From Nanobdellota archaeon (GTDB lineage Archaea; Nanobdellota; Nanobdellia; Pacearchaeales; GW2011-AR1), in the NCBI GenBank assembly GCA_038043805.1, contig JBBTBG010000004.1, forward strand, positions 1 to 53,278: a stretch of 53,278 nucleotides of DNA, in the 5' to 3' direction. The notes under the pieces are model-generated. The model searched no databases. It saw nothing but the letters and a program-made list of their open reading frames with translations, and was not told where the DNA came from. Each line of letters opens with the position of its first letter. Positions within the stretch are counted from its first letter, which is position 1. Position numbers and translations under genes: made by a program. Below, piece after piece: positions 1 to 8,903 of this stretch.

Positions 1-27
1 TTAAAGAAGAGATAGATAAGATGAAAC

Positions 28-2052
28 TTAATCCATAAGTTTATACTTTGGGTATAAGAAACTAACACAAAGAATTAAAAATATCACCAAACCTGCCAAA
101 GAAAGCCAGGTGCTCATGCGATCGATTATAAGAGACTCATAACGCAATTCGATATCTCCTTTAGCATAAACAAGTATAAGATCAGGAGCAGCACGATAAA
201 CCTTTATTTCTTTACCATTCGCATATGCTTTCCAGTTAGGGAAGTAAGATATTTTGATAAGAACAGGAACTGCATGCTCTGCATGAATACGAAATCTGAT
301 AAAGTCTTGTCTTGGGCTTTGCTCTAAAATCTCTGCCCAATCTTGCTTTTCAGCAGGAATGTATGAAATACGCTGATCAACAAGAAGCTCCTCACGAATA
401 GCAGATGAGAAAAACCATGTGAGCACTTCTTCTTTCCAAGAAGCATTATCTACTACGCGCAAAGGTGTTTTGACAACTTCGATAAGACTTGCATTGCCTA
501 CACGATATGCGCGATAAACAATGTCTTTTGTATTAGTGGAGTAGCGCGCTACTTCTCCAAGTGCAGACCATTCTTCTCGCGCATGTTCTTCTGAAGAAAT
601 TATAGTATTAATCTGAAATAATCCAAGTTGAGCAGGTAGAATTTCTTTAAGAAGAGAGTCGTTTTTTGGGAGATAAGAATGATAGATAAAATTTCCCCAT
701 GAAAGGGCACCATCAGAATCTATCTCTTTTTCAAAATTGAGAAGGTATTCTCCATTACGTGTCGACTCAACATAGAGTCCCTTGATACCATATATTTGAT
801 TTTTCAAAGGTAGAAAATGTTGGAGATAATGAGGAGCACTCTCTTCATTATACGAAGCAACAACAAATGTTCTTCCTTCACCTATGTTTTGAATGGGAAA
901 AGTTTGCATTGAAGATGGGCCAACAGGAGAAATATGTGTTGCACTTACTATCATCAATAGTGCCATGCCTGCCAGCAAAACGGTAGCAAGTGTAGATTTT
1001 TTAACTACAAAAATAAGAGCAAGAGGAAACATCAGAATAATGAAGTACATAAGCCTATAATAATGAAAAGGCGATGATGAAATAGAGTCTCCTACAAGTG
1101 TAGCGGAGAGAATAATTAAAAGATACAAGGCAATAGGATAGAGCACTTTCTTTTCAGAGGATTTCTTTCCAAGCACTAAAAATAAGGCAAAACCTAGTGC
1201 ATATGCCAAAAGCAAAGAGATATTGGCGTTATTTGCAAGATGAATAACGGTCATATGCTGCTGCTTGGCAAGGAAAGGAAGCGTCCAAAATGAAGTAAGG
1301 AGAAATGTTAGAGTAATATGCTTATATAAAAATGTTCGAAACTTATATTCTCGTGCATAAAGAAAAAGAAAAGAAAGAAGAACAATTCCTGCAGCAACAG
1401 CAGCCACAATATGGCTAAGAATGATCAAAGTAAAAAGAAAAGTAGGTAAAATGATACTTCCTACTCTTCTGGCATGCACAAGTGACGAAATATAAAAAAA
1501 GAAAAGCATCATTCCAAATGCATGCGTCACAAGACCTATTTTAAATGTCGATGAAAAATTTCCCCCATAATAAGATGTTGGAAAGAGAAAAAGAAGAGCA
1601 AACATTAGTAGCATGAGAATAGCAGATCTTCCTTTTGAAAGTCCAAATGACTTTCCAAAAACATAAAATGAAATAGGAGTTAGAAGAAGAGTAATAGTGA
1701 GCATGATGCGGAGAGAAAAAACAATTGAGAACACATAGGAAAGTGCAGCAGCAAGATAGGTGTAAAGAGGAGGATAAAATTGGTTATGAGCGTAGCCTGC
1801 GTAGAAGTAAGGATTCCAAGAAAAAATATCTGGGAAAACGTAAATTTTTTCATACCATACAGAAAAATAAAGCCCTGCATGATCCCACATAATCATCTCG
1901 TTCTGCAAAAGCAAAGGAATAATGAATGAAAAAAGCAAGACAGTATATACTATGACAAAGCTGCTGATACAAAAAAGACGGTCTGAAAAGAGGCGAGAAA
2001 GTTTTTTTTCAGAGAATAAAAGCATACGTTGAAAAGAAGAAGGAACAATCAT
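28..2052 (-). CDS. Large polytopic membrane protein with a C-terminal soluble domain (GT-C-like glycosyltransferase suspected; family not identified)
   Basis: 674-aa ORF. The N-terminal ~400 aa is a run of hydrophobic segments and the C-terminal ~270 aa is soluble. The start lies 1 nt after the stop of the upstream Cys-rich gene, so they are probably co-transcribed. Confidence 0.55.
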   Translation of the reverse strand: MIVPSSFQRMLLFSEKKLSRLFSDRLFCISSFVIVYTVLLFSFIIPLLLQNEMIMWDHAGLYFSVWYEKIYVFPDIFSWNPYFYAGYAHNQFYPPLYTYLAAALSYVFSIVFSLRIMLTITLLLTPISFYVFGKSFGLSKGRSAILMLLMFALLFLFPTSYYGGNFSSTFKIGLVTHAFGMMLFFFYISSLVHARRVGSIILPTFLFTLIILSHIVAAVAAGIVLLSFLFLYAREYKFRTFLYKHITLTFLLTSFWTLPFLAKQQHMTVIHLANNANISLLLAYALGFALFLVLGKKSSEKKVLYPIALYLLIILSATLVGDSISSSPFHYYRLMYFIILMFPLALIFVVKKSTLATVLLAGMALLMIVSATHISPVGPSSMQTFPIQNIGEGRTFVVASYNEESAPHYLQHFLPLKNQIYGIKGLYVESTRNGEYLLNFEKEIDSDGALSWGNFIYHSYLPKNDSLLKEILPAQLGLFQINTIISSEEHAREEWSALGEVARYSTNTKDIVYRAYRVGNASLIEVVKTPLRVVDNASWKEEVLTWFFSSAIREELLVDQRISYIPAEKQDWAEILEQSPRQDFIRFRIHAEHAVPVLIKISYFPNWKAYANGKEIKVYRAAPDLILVYAKGDIELRYESLIIDRMSTWLSLAGLVIFLILCVSFLYPKYKLMD

Positions 2053-2053
2053 T

Positions 2054-2854
2054 CTAACTCCATCTAAAGAATCCTCTCACACGCTCAAAAAATCCAGGTC
2101 CTGCTATAGCAACTGTTTTGGAAAAAGGAGAATGACAATAAGGTTGTCCATTCGGGTGAAGTGCACATACTTCCTTGTCTTTTTTGCAGCACACCGCATA
2201 ATCTTTAAATTCTTTTCCTGTTCCTCCACAGAATGTATCAGCCCCACATCCACCATTTTTTTTAGGGTCAACACTACATCCCCAAATAGAAATTTTAATA
2301 GGTGGGAAACTAATCCCTAACTTTTTGACCTTACAGACTTGATTTGCAGCACAGCACTCTTTAACTTCTCCTCCAGGAGGGCAAGTGGTTTCACCTTTAG
2401 CGACGTTGCAGGCAGGGATTTGATCAGCCTTAAAGCAAGTACCATGTTCTTTCGGATCAAATCCGGGCAAATCAAGACCTTGTGTTTTACAAGTTTCTCC
2501 TTTCTCACAGCAAATCTCACCACATTGCGTTTGTCCTTTAGAAGCATCGCATTTCTTTTTACAATACGTAACGATACCTAGAAGGCCATCTCCTGTTTCA
2601 CCAGGTCCGCAACAGACTTGATTTTTGTAGCAAGTTTGTGTTGAAAAGCAACAACCATTTCCACATTTTTTTGCGCCAGGATCACTGTCAAAGGGAGCCT
2701 GACCACAAACTCCTTCTTTTAGAGATTTTCCAGAAGACGTGGTTCCAGAGCTTCCACTTGCAACAGCATTTCCAGTATAGTTGAAAGGAAATGAAAGACT
2801 TCCTATAAGGATAATGAAGGCAAGTAAGACAAACCCCACAACCACTTTTTTCAT
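2054..2854 (-). CDS. Secreted or anchored cysteine-rich protein (26 Cys in 266 aa, repeated CC-x4-5-C modules)
   Basis: N-terminal hydrophobic signal/anchor MKKVVVGFVLLAFIILIG. Repeated motifs GCCFSTQTC, ICCEKGETC, ECCAANQVC and VCCKKDKEVC counted by eye. Confidence 0.7.
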   Translation of the reverse strand: MKKVVVGFVLLAFIILIGSLSFPFNYTGNAVASGSSGTTSSGKSLKEGVCGQAPFDSDPGAKKCGNGCCFSTQTCYKNQVCCGPGETGDGLLGIVTYCKKKCDASKGQTQCGEICCEKGETCKTQGLDLPGFDPKEHGTCFKADQIPACNVAKGETTCPPGGEVKECCAANQVCKVKKLGISFPPIKISIWGCSVDPKKNGGCGADTFCGGTGKEFKDYAVCCKKDKEVCALHPNGQPYCHSPFSKTVAIAGPGFFERVRGFFRWS

Positions 2855-2892
2855 ATCTTCTCAAAGAGAGTATTGTTTATAAATTTTCTTGA

Positions 2893-3657
2893 TTAGGATG
2901 TTGAAAATTGACTATAAGGGAAGACATGAGCAAGATAACTCTCTTGAATCTTTTCTTGAAATTCTTCAACGCGCTCATCTGGAACGAGTAACTGCTTAAG
3001 GCTCAACCAAATTTCCAAAGGACCTTCATGTAGAATACCTTCTGACTTGCCGTTAATAAAAGAATGTCCATGGATTTCGCAGATTTTGCTGTCTAAACCA
3101 ATAATCACTCTTTCATGAGGATCTTCTGCATCGTAGCTTGCTGCACTTAGAGGGTGGGCTCCAAAACAGACATCATAAGCATGTCCAAACTCATATAAGT
3201 GAGAATCATCAGAAGCAATGATTCCCATTTCAATCATCTTGGCGCGAGACATCCACTTGGGACCGCAAGGCTTTCCATCAGGGAATTCCTGCATATCTTT
3301 ATGCATCTCCCCACTAACTAGTTTTTTCTGGCGCACAAGATCAAGGGCAGGATAAATAATTCCATCTTGAAGAATAGAATGAAGAGCGGCTGCACTCGTG
3401 CCGTGATAAAGGTATCCAGCTTTTGCATCAAATCGGGGAGAAGGAAGCCCCTGCTCATTGAAAGTATAATCGCCAAAAGAAATAGTTTTATTAAAATTGG
3501 CAAAGGGCGAGCCATAAGGTTTATTTTTCAAAGGTAAGTGAAGAGGAAGAGAATAAGGATCTCTATCAAAATCAAAACAAAGAGGTTGAGCTTTATTTTT
3601 TTGAAAAGCAGCTAGGATATCTTTCAGAGTGATGGAAGGTTGTATAGACTCATTCAT
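2893..3657 (-). CDS. Hypothetical protein
   Basis: 254-aa ORF with no overlapping competitor of similar size. It has a YHGTS motif, but no family can be assigned from sequence alone. Confidence 0.55.
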   Translation of the reverse strand: MNESIQPSITLKDILAAFQKNKAQPLCFDFDRDPYSLPLHLPLKNKPYGSPFANFNKTISFGDYTFNEQGLPSPRFDAKAGYLYHGTSAAALHSILQDGIIYPALDLVRQKKLVSGEMHKDMQEFPDGKPCGPKWMSRAKMIEMGIIASDDSHLYEFGHAYDVCFGAHPLSAASYDAEDPHERVIIGLDSKICEIHGHSFINGKSEGILHEGPLEIWLSLKQLLVPDERVEEFQEKIQESYLAHVFPYSQFSTS

Positions 3658-3757
3658 TCTTTAAAGAATAAGATAGGCTATTTAAATCTTTCTAATGTAG
3701 TCACTAGTAAGAGATAACAATAATAAGATTTAAATACTTCAAAAGCCTGTAAAAAAT

Positions 3758-4180
3758 ATGAAAAAGACGCTGATGAAAGCAAGTCTTGCAGGTCTCCTCG
3801 GAATGGCATTGATAGCTGGAGCAGGCAAGCGCACATATGATCGTGTACATTCACGACCCTCTCCAGCGCTGGAGCAGCAGCTTTCTGGGAGCAACCTCTA
3901 CAGAGAAATTGCCTCTCAAAGCACACAATCTCCTCTCCAACGCGAGTTAAGAGGTCTGGTTACCGACTTTGTATACCCTTATATCCTTCACTGGAAAGCA
4001 GATCCTGAACTTAAAGAATATCTTAATACGAACTGGGTCGATGCCGCAACAGGCAAGCACAGAAAGTATACTGATACAGAGGGTGCAATCCTCTGGCATG
4101 TAGGATGCAATCCAACTACTCCTTCCATGAGTAAGGATTATGTTCTTGCGCAAGTCGGAGCTGCTCCGTTAAGAAAATAA
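3758..4180 (+). CDS. Small secreted hypothetical protein
   Basis: 140-aa ORF with signal-like N-terminus MKKTLMKASLAGLLGMALIAGAG. Confidence 0.55.
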   Translation: MKKTLMKASLAGLLGMALIAGAGKRTYDRVHSRPSPALEQQLSGSNLYREIASQSTQSPLQRELRGLVTDFVYPYILHWKADPELKEYLNTNWVDAATGKHRKYTDTEGAILWHVGCNPTTPSMSKDYVLAQVGAAPLRK

Positions 4181-4215
4181 GAAAGTCTTTTAAACCTTGT
4201 GTTAATGGCAAGCTC

Positions 4216-4889
4216 ATGCTAGACCAAATCATCATATATGTTAAAGATGCTTTCAGAGAGCATCCAGGGCAGATCAGACATTTTGAGAGAACGCTCTACT
4301 GGTTAAGAGAGTATCATGCAGAAGCAGATGAGGCTTTTCAAATTGCAGCGTACGCGCATGACATTGAGCGTGCAACGAAAAACGAATAGATTGCCAGAAT
4401 TCCCTTGCTGAGTCAACATGGATATCGTGACCCTGAATTTCTTAAGTATCATCAAGAGCAAGGAGCTAGAGTAATTAAGGAATTTTTACAATCAGAAAAA
4501 CGATGCGCCACCTCACCTTAAAAGGTGAGGTTTGAATAGGCGCTCGTTTTTTGGATGCTCAAGGAACAACTCCAGCTTAAAAGCTGGAGTTTGCGTCAAG
4601 TTCCTTGACATCACATGCATACCCTGTGACTCTCTGCGATCGCGTTCATAGTTTAGTAGCAGCACATGAAGTCGGAGGAGATTTTGAACAAAAACTGTTG
4701 AAAGATTGTGATAGCATGAGTTTCTTTGAAACACAAGTCGATGGATTTGTCACAAAAAAAGTTCCTGAGTTAGGCGTAGTAAAAGTGCGTGATAAATTTG
4801 ACTGGATGTTTAATCGTATCTCTGATTCTAACATACAACATCAAGTGCGGAATCTTTACCAAGGAGCAATTAACCGGCTCCCATTATAA
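4216..4889 (+). pseudogene. HD-domain protein gene interrupted by an in-frame TAG (4387-4389) and by a 119-nt family A element
   Basis: ATG at 4216 reads ...AAYAHDIERATKNE, then TAG, then continues in the same frame as IARIPLLSQHGYRDPEFLKYHQEQGARVIKEFLQS up to 4494. The C-terminal part (HAYPVTLCDRVHSLVAAHEVGGDFEQKLLKDCDSMSFFE...) is in a different frame from 4614. Deleting 4495-4613 (119 nt, 2 mod 3) joins the two frames. Confidence 0.6.
4495..4613 (+). mobile_element. Family A structured insertion element, copy 1 (119 nt)
   Basis: Basal stem 4496-4503/4544-4551 plus GCGC/GCGC (4505-4508/4540-4543). Hairpin 4511-4517/4524-4530. Conserved joint TTTGAATAG, linker TGGATGCTC, second stem 4561-4567/4600-4606, tail GACATCA. 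Preceded by AATCA. Homologous to 24165-24271 and 46599-46691. Confidence 0.75.
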
Positions 4890-5633
4890 TCTCAATTTTC
4901 CTTTCTGCCAATCTCTGATAATTTGAATACAAGTTTTCTTTTCATCAACTTCTCCGCCTCTCTTGAGAAATCCACGCTTGCGTCCTATTTCTTCAACAAG
5001 TTCTTGCTCATCTTTTAACGTAACAGTCTCAATACCATAACATTCTTTTAAAGATTCAGGAGACTGCTTTGCCATCGTAACAATTTGATATGCTATTTTA
5101 TCAGGCTCTGCAATTTTATCAGGATGTTTTGATCCAAGCAAAACCAATTTAGAAGAGCCATCTTCATAAGGAATCACTCCAGGAGTATCTAAAATACGTA
5201 GATTTCCTGCATTTACCCATTGCACACCTCGTGTTGTTCCAGGTTTATCTGCAACAAGTGTCCGCGCTCTGCGTGCAAGGGCATTCAACAAAGCAGATTT
5301 TCCAATGTTAGGATATCCTACAACACCAATGTGAGGCTCTTCTATTTTCAAGCGTTTCGCAAGAATTTGCAAATGCCTACGAAGTTCAGCAATACCTTCA
5401 TTTTTTGTCCCAGAAACAAAAAAAGCATCAGGATACTCTTTACGTGCTCGTTCAAGTCGCAATGGAGAAGTAAGATCTTTTTTTGTGAAAGCCAATACCA
5501 GCTCTTTTCCATGTTTTTTAACTTTTCTTTCAATTTCACTATTTCGAGAAAGTTCAGTCATACGTGCATCTCCTACTACAACTAATATATCTGCATTCGC
5601 AATCACATCATCCACGACGCCCCAAAAACCCAT
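4884..5633 (-). CDS. Circularly permuted GTPase (YlqF/RbgA-type ribosome biogenesis GTPase)
   Basis: Permuted motif order: TKKD (G4), VSGTKNEG (G5), GYPNIGKS (G1), GTT (G2), DTPG (G3). Confidence 0.8.
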   Translation of the reverse strand: MGFWGVVDDVIANADILVVVGDARMTELSRNSEIERKVKKHGKELVLAFTKKDLTSPLRLERARKEYPDAFFVSGTKNEGIAELRRHLQILAKRLKIEEPHIGVVGYPNIGKSALLNALARRARTLVADKPGTTRGVQWVNAGNLRILDTPGVIPYEDGSSKLVLLGSKHPDKIAEPDKIAYQIVTMAKQSPESLKECYGIETVTLKDEQELVEEIGRKRGFLKRGGEVDEKKTCIQIIRDWQKGKLRL

Positions 5634-5725
5634 CTCTAAAGGAAGAAACGAAGGGTTATAAGGGTTGTGACAAGGAAAACTTATCTACAGCATGTTTTTA
5701 AAGATAAATAGCATTTATAGGAAAG

Positions 5726-6601
5726 GTGAATTTACTTACACGTCTTGGACGCTCTTTATCTTTTCTTAAAGCTGCAGCGCTTTCCACCATTCTCTTTTCC
5801 TCTTCTCTTCTTGCGCAAGAAAAATCTCAGAATGACCCAGATCAAGACGAATCAACCTATTTCCATTTATCTGTCCGAGATAACAAAGGTATGCCTGTTG
5901 ATTTTGAGCTTTCACCTTATCAGACCTATACTGCAGAGCTCTGGGGAGGGAAAAACTGGGGAAGCAGGCTTCCAACAGTTAATGTAGAAGGAGAGATCCG
6001 TGCAAGCGATGCTCTTCAAGTGAAAGAGGCTCTACGTCCTGATTCTTTATATGTTGTGCGAGGATTTCAGCAGGATTTCTTTTCCCCTAGAGATGAGGAT
6101 GTTGTGTCTGTTGACGCATATACAGTTGTTAATCAATTTGAAGGGTCACATTTCTCTCGTTCTTTAATTGTTAAAGATGCCTCAAAGTCATATCTGCCGC
6201 GCAGTTTGGGGTATGAGGGTCTTGTGGCAATTTATCCTTTTAAGGTAGAAACGAACGCGTTGCAGCATGTCTATTTAGATGCTAGGATAACCTCCCATTT
6301 CTTCGATGGAAGTTCTATGAAGAGAGATTCTGTTTTTGTTGCTCCTTCACATTTCTTTATCGTTCCTGAACCACGTCCAATGAAAACTAAACTTCTCATC
6401 TATTCTTTTGGTCAAGGATTTCCAAAGTTATTTGCTCCAGGCCATGGAACGCCTTTAACTTTAGAGTGTGCTTTTCAACTTGAAGGGCCTTGGAAAGATA
6501 TTACCACAAGCAGGGTTCATACTGACAACCCTTATGGAAACCTGAAATATGTAGATTATCGTACTGGACTTCCCGTAAGATTTTTTAGAATCAAGGAATG
6601 A
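5726..6601 (+). CDS. Secreted hypothetical protein
   Basis: 291-aa ORF with a GTG start and signal-like N-terminus ...AAALSTILFSSSLLAQE. Confidence 0.55.
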   Translation: MNLLTRLGRSLSFLKAAALSTILFSSSLLAQEKSQNDPDQDESTYFHLSVRDNKGMPVDFELSPYQTYTAELWGGKNWGSRLPTVNVEGEIRASDALQVKEALRPDSLYVVRGFQQDFFSPRDEDVVSVDAYTVVNQFEGSHFSRSLIVKDASKSYLPRSLGYEGLVAIYPFKVETNALQHVYLDARITSHFFDGSSMKRDSVFVAPSHFFIVPEPRPMKTKLLIYSFGQGFPKLFAPGHGTPLTLECAFQLEGPWKDITTSRVHTDNPYGNLKYVDYRTGLPVRFFRIKE

Positions 6602-6642
6602 CTATAATTCAAGGCGCAATGATGACTTCAAAGAGTACGAGA

Positions 6643-7608
6643 CTACTTATAATCTTTTCTGATAGGGGCAATTATTTTTTCTAGTTCTTCAATTACACTG
6701 CTTTTAAGATCCATTGGGTGGAGGTCGCCTTGAGAATATATTTTTTCGAGTTCTTCATAACTATTGATTGAGAGGTTTCCTCCAAATTTAACTGGTCTTT
6801 TTATTTCAATTTTATTAATTCTTGGGAAAATGATGAGCCTAGTGATTTGTAGCAGAGGGTTTTCCTTGGTTTCTTTTTCTGGACAGTAAGCGTTGTTAAT
6901 TGTTTTCTTAATCTCTTCATAACTATCAGTAACGCTGATTCCAGATCCAGGGATGCTCTTTGACATCTTTTGTCCAGGCCCTTTTAATGAGGTGATGAGT
7001 GGGATGTGTAGTGCGACAAAATTGTAATCTATAATTTTACTCATATCTTTACCCATCATATGTACTTTTCTTTGTTCCAACCCTCCAAGCGCGACATCTG
7101 CTCTGAGGTATTTTATATCTGCAATTTGCATCAATGGATACCAAAGCTGAGAGATAGTCGCGTTCTCTATATCTCTTGCGATTTCCTGCATGCTTCTCAA
7201 TCCTCTATTTATCGTTGAATTTTGGGACAATCTCATAATGTCCATTTGGTATTCTCTTTTAAACTGGAAATCGCTCCCAAGGACAATTTCAGCATCTATT
7301 CCTATCGCATTTATAGTTTTTCTCCAGTTTTCGACTTCTTTCTTTATTTCTTCTTCTCCACCTTTCCTATTGAGCATCGCATGAACATCTGCTAGAAGTA
7401 TGACTACTTTAAATCCTGCTTTTTCGAGATCTATGAGTTTGGTAATAGTCACAAAATGCCCTAAATGCATAGGGCCATTAGGTTCATATCCACAGTAGAC
7501 TCTTGGATGTTGTTTCTTTTTGAGAAGTGTAACAAGATCTTCCTGTGTAACAATTTCTTCCGTATTTCTCTTAATAAGCTCGAATCTTTCTTCTGCTGAC
7601 TTCTTCAT
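6643..7608 (-). CDS. tyrS: Tyrosyl-tRNA synthetase, archaeal type
   Basis: HIGH-type motif PMHLGH and a KMSKS motif. The C-terminal block KRPVKFGGNLSINSYEELEKIYSQGDLHPMDLKSSVIEELEKIIAPIRK closely parallels the remembered Methanocaldococcus TyrRS sequence. Length of 321 aa fits. Confidence 0.92.
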   Translation of the reverse strand: MKKSAEERFELIKRNTEEIVTQEDLVTLLKKKQHPRVYCGYEPNGPMHLGHFVTITKLIDLEKAGFKVVILLADVHAMLNRKGGEEEIKKEVENWRKTINAIGIDAEIVLGSDFQFKREYQMDIMRLSQNSTINRGLRSMQEIARDIENATISQLWYPLMQIADIKYLRADVALGGLEQRKVHMMGKDMSKIIDYNFVALHIPLITSLKGPGQKMSKSIPGSGISVTDSYEEIKKTINNAYCPEKETKENPLLQITRLIIFPRINKIEIKRPVKFGGNLSINSYEELEKIYSQGDLHPMDLKSSVIEELEKIIAPIRKDYK

Positions 7609-7701
7609 CTATCTTTGAGGGATCAGGGGGTTAAAAGCCTTGCTGTGGATTTTTTCGGAGCTGAGAAAGATTATTTATACTATGCCTCCTTAGATACCTA
7701 A

Positions 7702-8124
7702 ATGAATAAGCGCAAACTTATCTCTGGGAAAGAAGCAACGTATCGAGTGAAAATCTCCCCGCAGGCAGAAAAGATGATAAGAACACTACTTCATCAGGGA
7801 GGTTATGGAAGAAATATGAATGCGACTATTGAGTGGATTGTAGGAGACTGGCTTATTCATCAAAAACGTCTTTTTGAGCTCTTTGAATTAAGCGTTGACC
7901 AAGCAAAAAAAGAAGGCTATCTACCCTTTAGAGTTAAAGATCCGCAGGAAGACAGACGTTCAGGAAATAAGAGAAGAGGTGGTTATGATATTACCTTGCG
8001 AGGAATGGCGATGTATAAAGTGGATAAGCTTGCCCAGACAGGACTTTTTGGAGAAACGAACGCACAAGTAGTTGAACGCGTAGTCTATCGCGCTTTAGAA
8101 TATGCATTAGCAGAAGAAAAATAG
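7702..8124 (+). CDS. Hypothetical protein
   Basis: 140-aa ORF with a TATA-like ATTTATAC about 25 nt upstream. Confidence 0.5.
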   Translation: MNKRKLISGKEATYRVKISPQAEKMIRTLLHQGGYGRNMNATIEWIVGDWLIHQKRLFELFELSVDQAKKEGYLPFRVKDPQEDRRSGNKRRGGYDITLRGMAMYKVDKLAQTGLFGETNAQVVERVVYRALEYALAEEK

Positions 8125-8174
8125 ATTCTGGCGACAGACGAAGCATTTTTTAATGAAGATTCTTTTATGGAAAC

Positions 8175-8903
8175 ATGGTTCCTCCTGAGTCGGATAACAA
8201 TATTTATAAACCACAAATAATTCACAGTAGCAGTATGCTCCCCGGTGATCTAAAAGGGTCGCCGGATGAGTCTTTATTTTCTGCAAAGGAAAATTCTCAT
8301 TGTAACGAGACTCTTGTTTTTATTGATGAAGGTTTTCTTGCTAAGTTGAGTAAACATCTTGGGAAAGGCAGATATGTTAAGTTTGATAAGTTTCTTTTTG
8401 CAAAACTGCTTGCTCAAAAAGAAAGGTTAGACTGTCGCCATATTTTTTATTATACTGCACCACCGTTCCAGTCAAATCGACCTACACGTGACGAGGAACT
8501 ACGCAAGAGAGGATATGATCGTTTTATTAAAAGCTTAAAGAAATCCTCATTAATTACGATACGCGAGGGAAGATGCCAGAGACTTTTGATTGACAGCCAT
8601 CTTATTTTTAAGCAGAAATATGTAGATGTTCTACTTACTATTGACTTGATGAGAATTCCATTAAAATATCCTCAGATTCAAAGAGTTATTTTAATTTCAT
8701 CAGATAGCGATTTTGTTCCAGCGATTCATGCTCTCAAAGAATTTGGTATCAAAGTGATTCTCTATACTTTTTATGAGAAAAAAAGAAACACTAACTTTTC
8801 AAGGAGCAACGATCTTGTGAAAGCAGTGCATAAGTATGTTCTTTTAACTCAGCAAGATTTTCTTAATGCTGAAAAGACGAGGAGGAGCGAGCATGCGTCA
8901 TAA
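8175..8903 (+). CDS. NYN/LabA-like (PIN-related) domain protein
   Basis: Motifs VFIDEGFL and ISSDSDFVPAIHALKEFGIKVILY are typical of the NYN (DUF88/LabA) fold. The start codon is uncertain. Confidence 0.65.
   Translation: MVPPESDNNIYKPQIIHSSSMLPGDLKGSPDESLFSAKENSHCNETLVFIDEGFLAKLSKHLGKGRYVKFDKFLFAKLLAQKERLDCRHIFYYTAPPFQSNRPTRDEELRKRGYDRFIKSLKKSSLITIREGRCQRLLIDSHLIFKQKYVDVLLTIDLMRIPLKYPQIQRVILISSDSDFVPAIHALKEFGIKVILYTFYEKKRNTNFSRSNDLVKAVHKYVLLTQQDFLNAEKTRRSEHAS

Noticed and set aside
2893-3657. The LYHGTS motif and a later SEG in this protein are reminiscent of the H-Y-E ADP-ribosyltransferase or Tpt1 folds.
   Set aside because: A single short motif with no supporting second and third motif spacing that I can verify. 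I left the gene as hypothetical.
4495-4613. Family A as an archaeal bulge-helix-bulge (BHB) intron cut by the tRNA splicing endonuclease.
   Set aside because: With the inferred boundaries, the first intron nucleotides (AAAA/AAAG) would need to pair with the start of the downstream exon (CATGCA / AAAAAC) to form the central 4-bp helix. They cannot, so no 3-nt bulge/4-bp helix/3-nt bulge geometry can be drawn at any copy.
4492-4613. Translational bypassing (gene 60-like hop). In copy 1 a TCA codon at 4492-4494 and a TCA at 4611-4613 could act as take-off and landing sites.
   Set aside because: Copy 3 has no matching in-frame take-off and landing codons and is simply read through in frame. Copy 2 is non-coding. 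The TCA match in copy 1 follows from the ATCA similarity of the target and the element end.
4513-4734. ORFs 4513-4734 (-) and 24003-24380 (+) share the peptide KNERLFKP, which could suggest a conserved small protein.
   Set aside because: The shared peptide is simply the translation of the conserved TTTGAATAGGCGCTCGTTTTT block of the family A element read on the opposite strand. The flanking residues are unrelated, and the third copy does not keep the frame.
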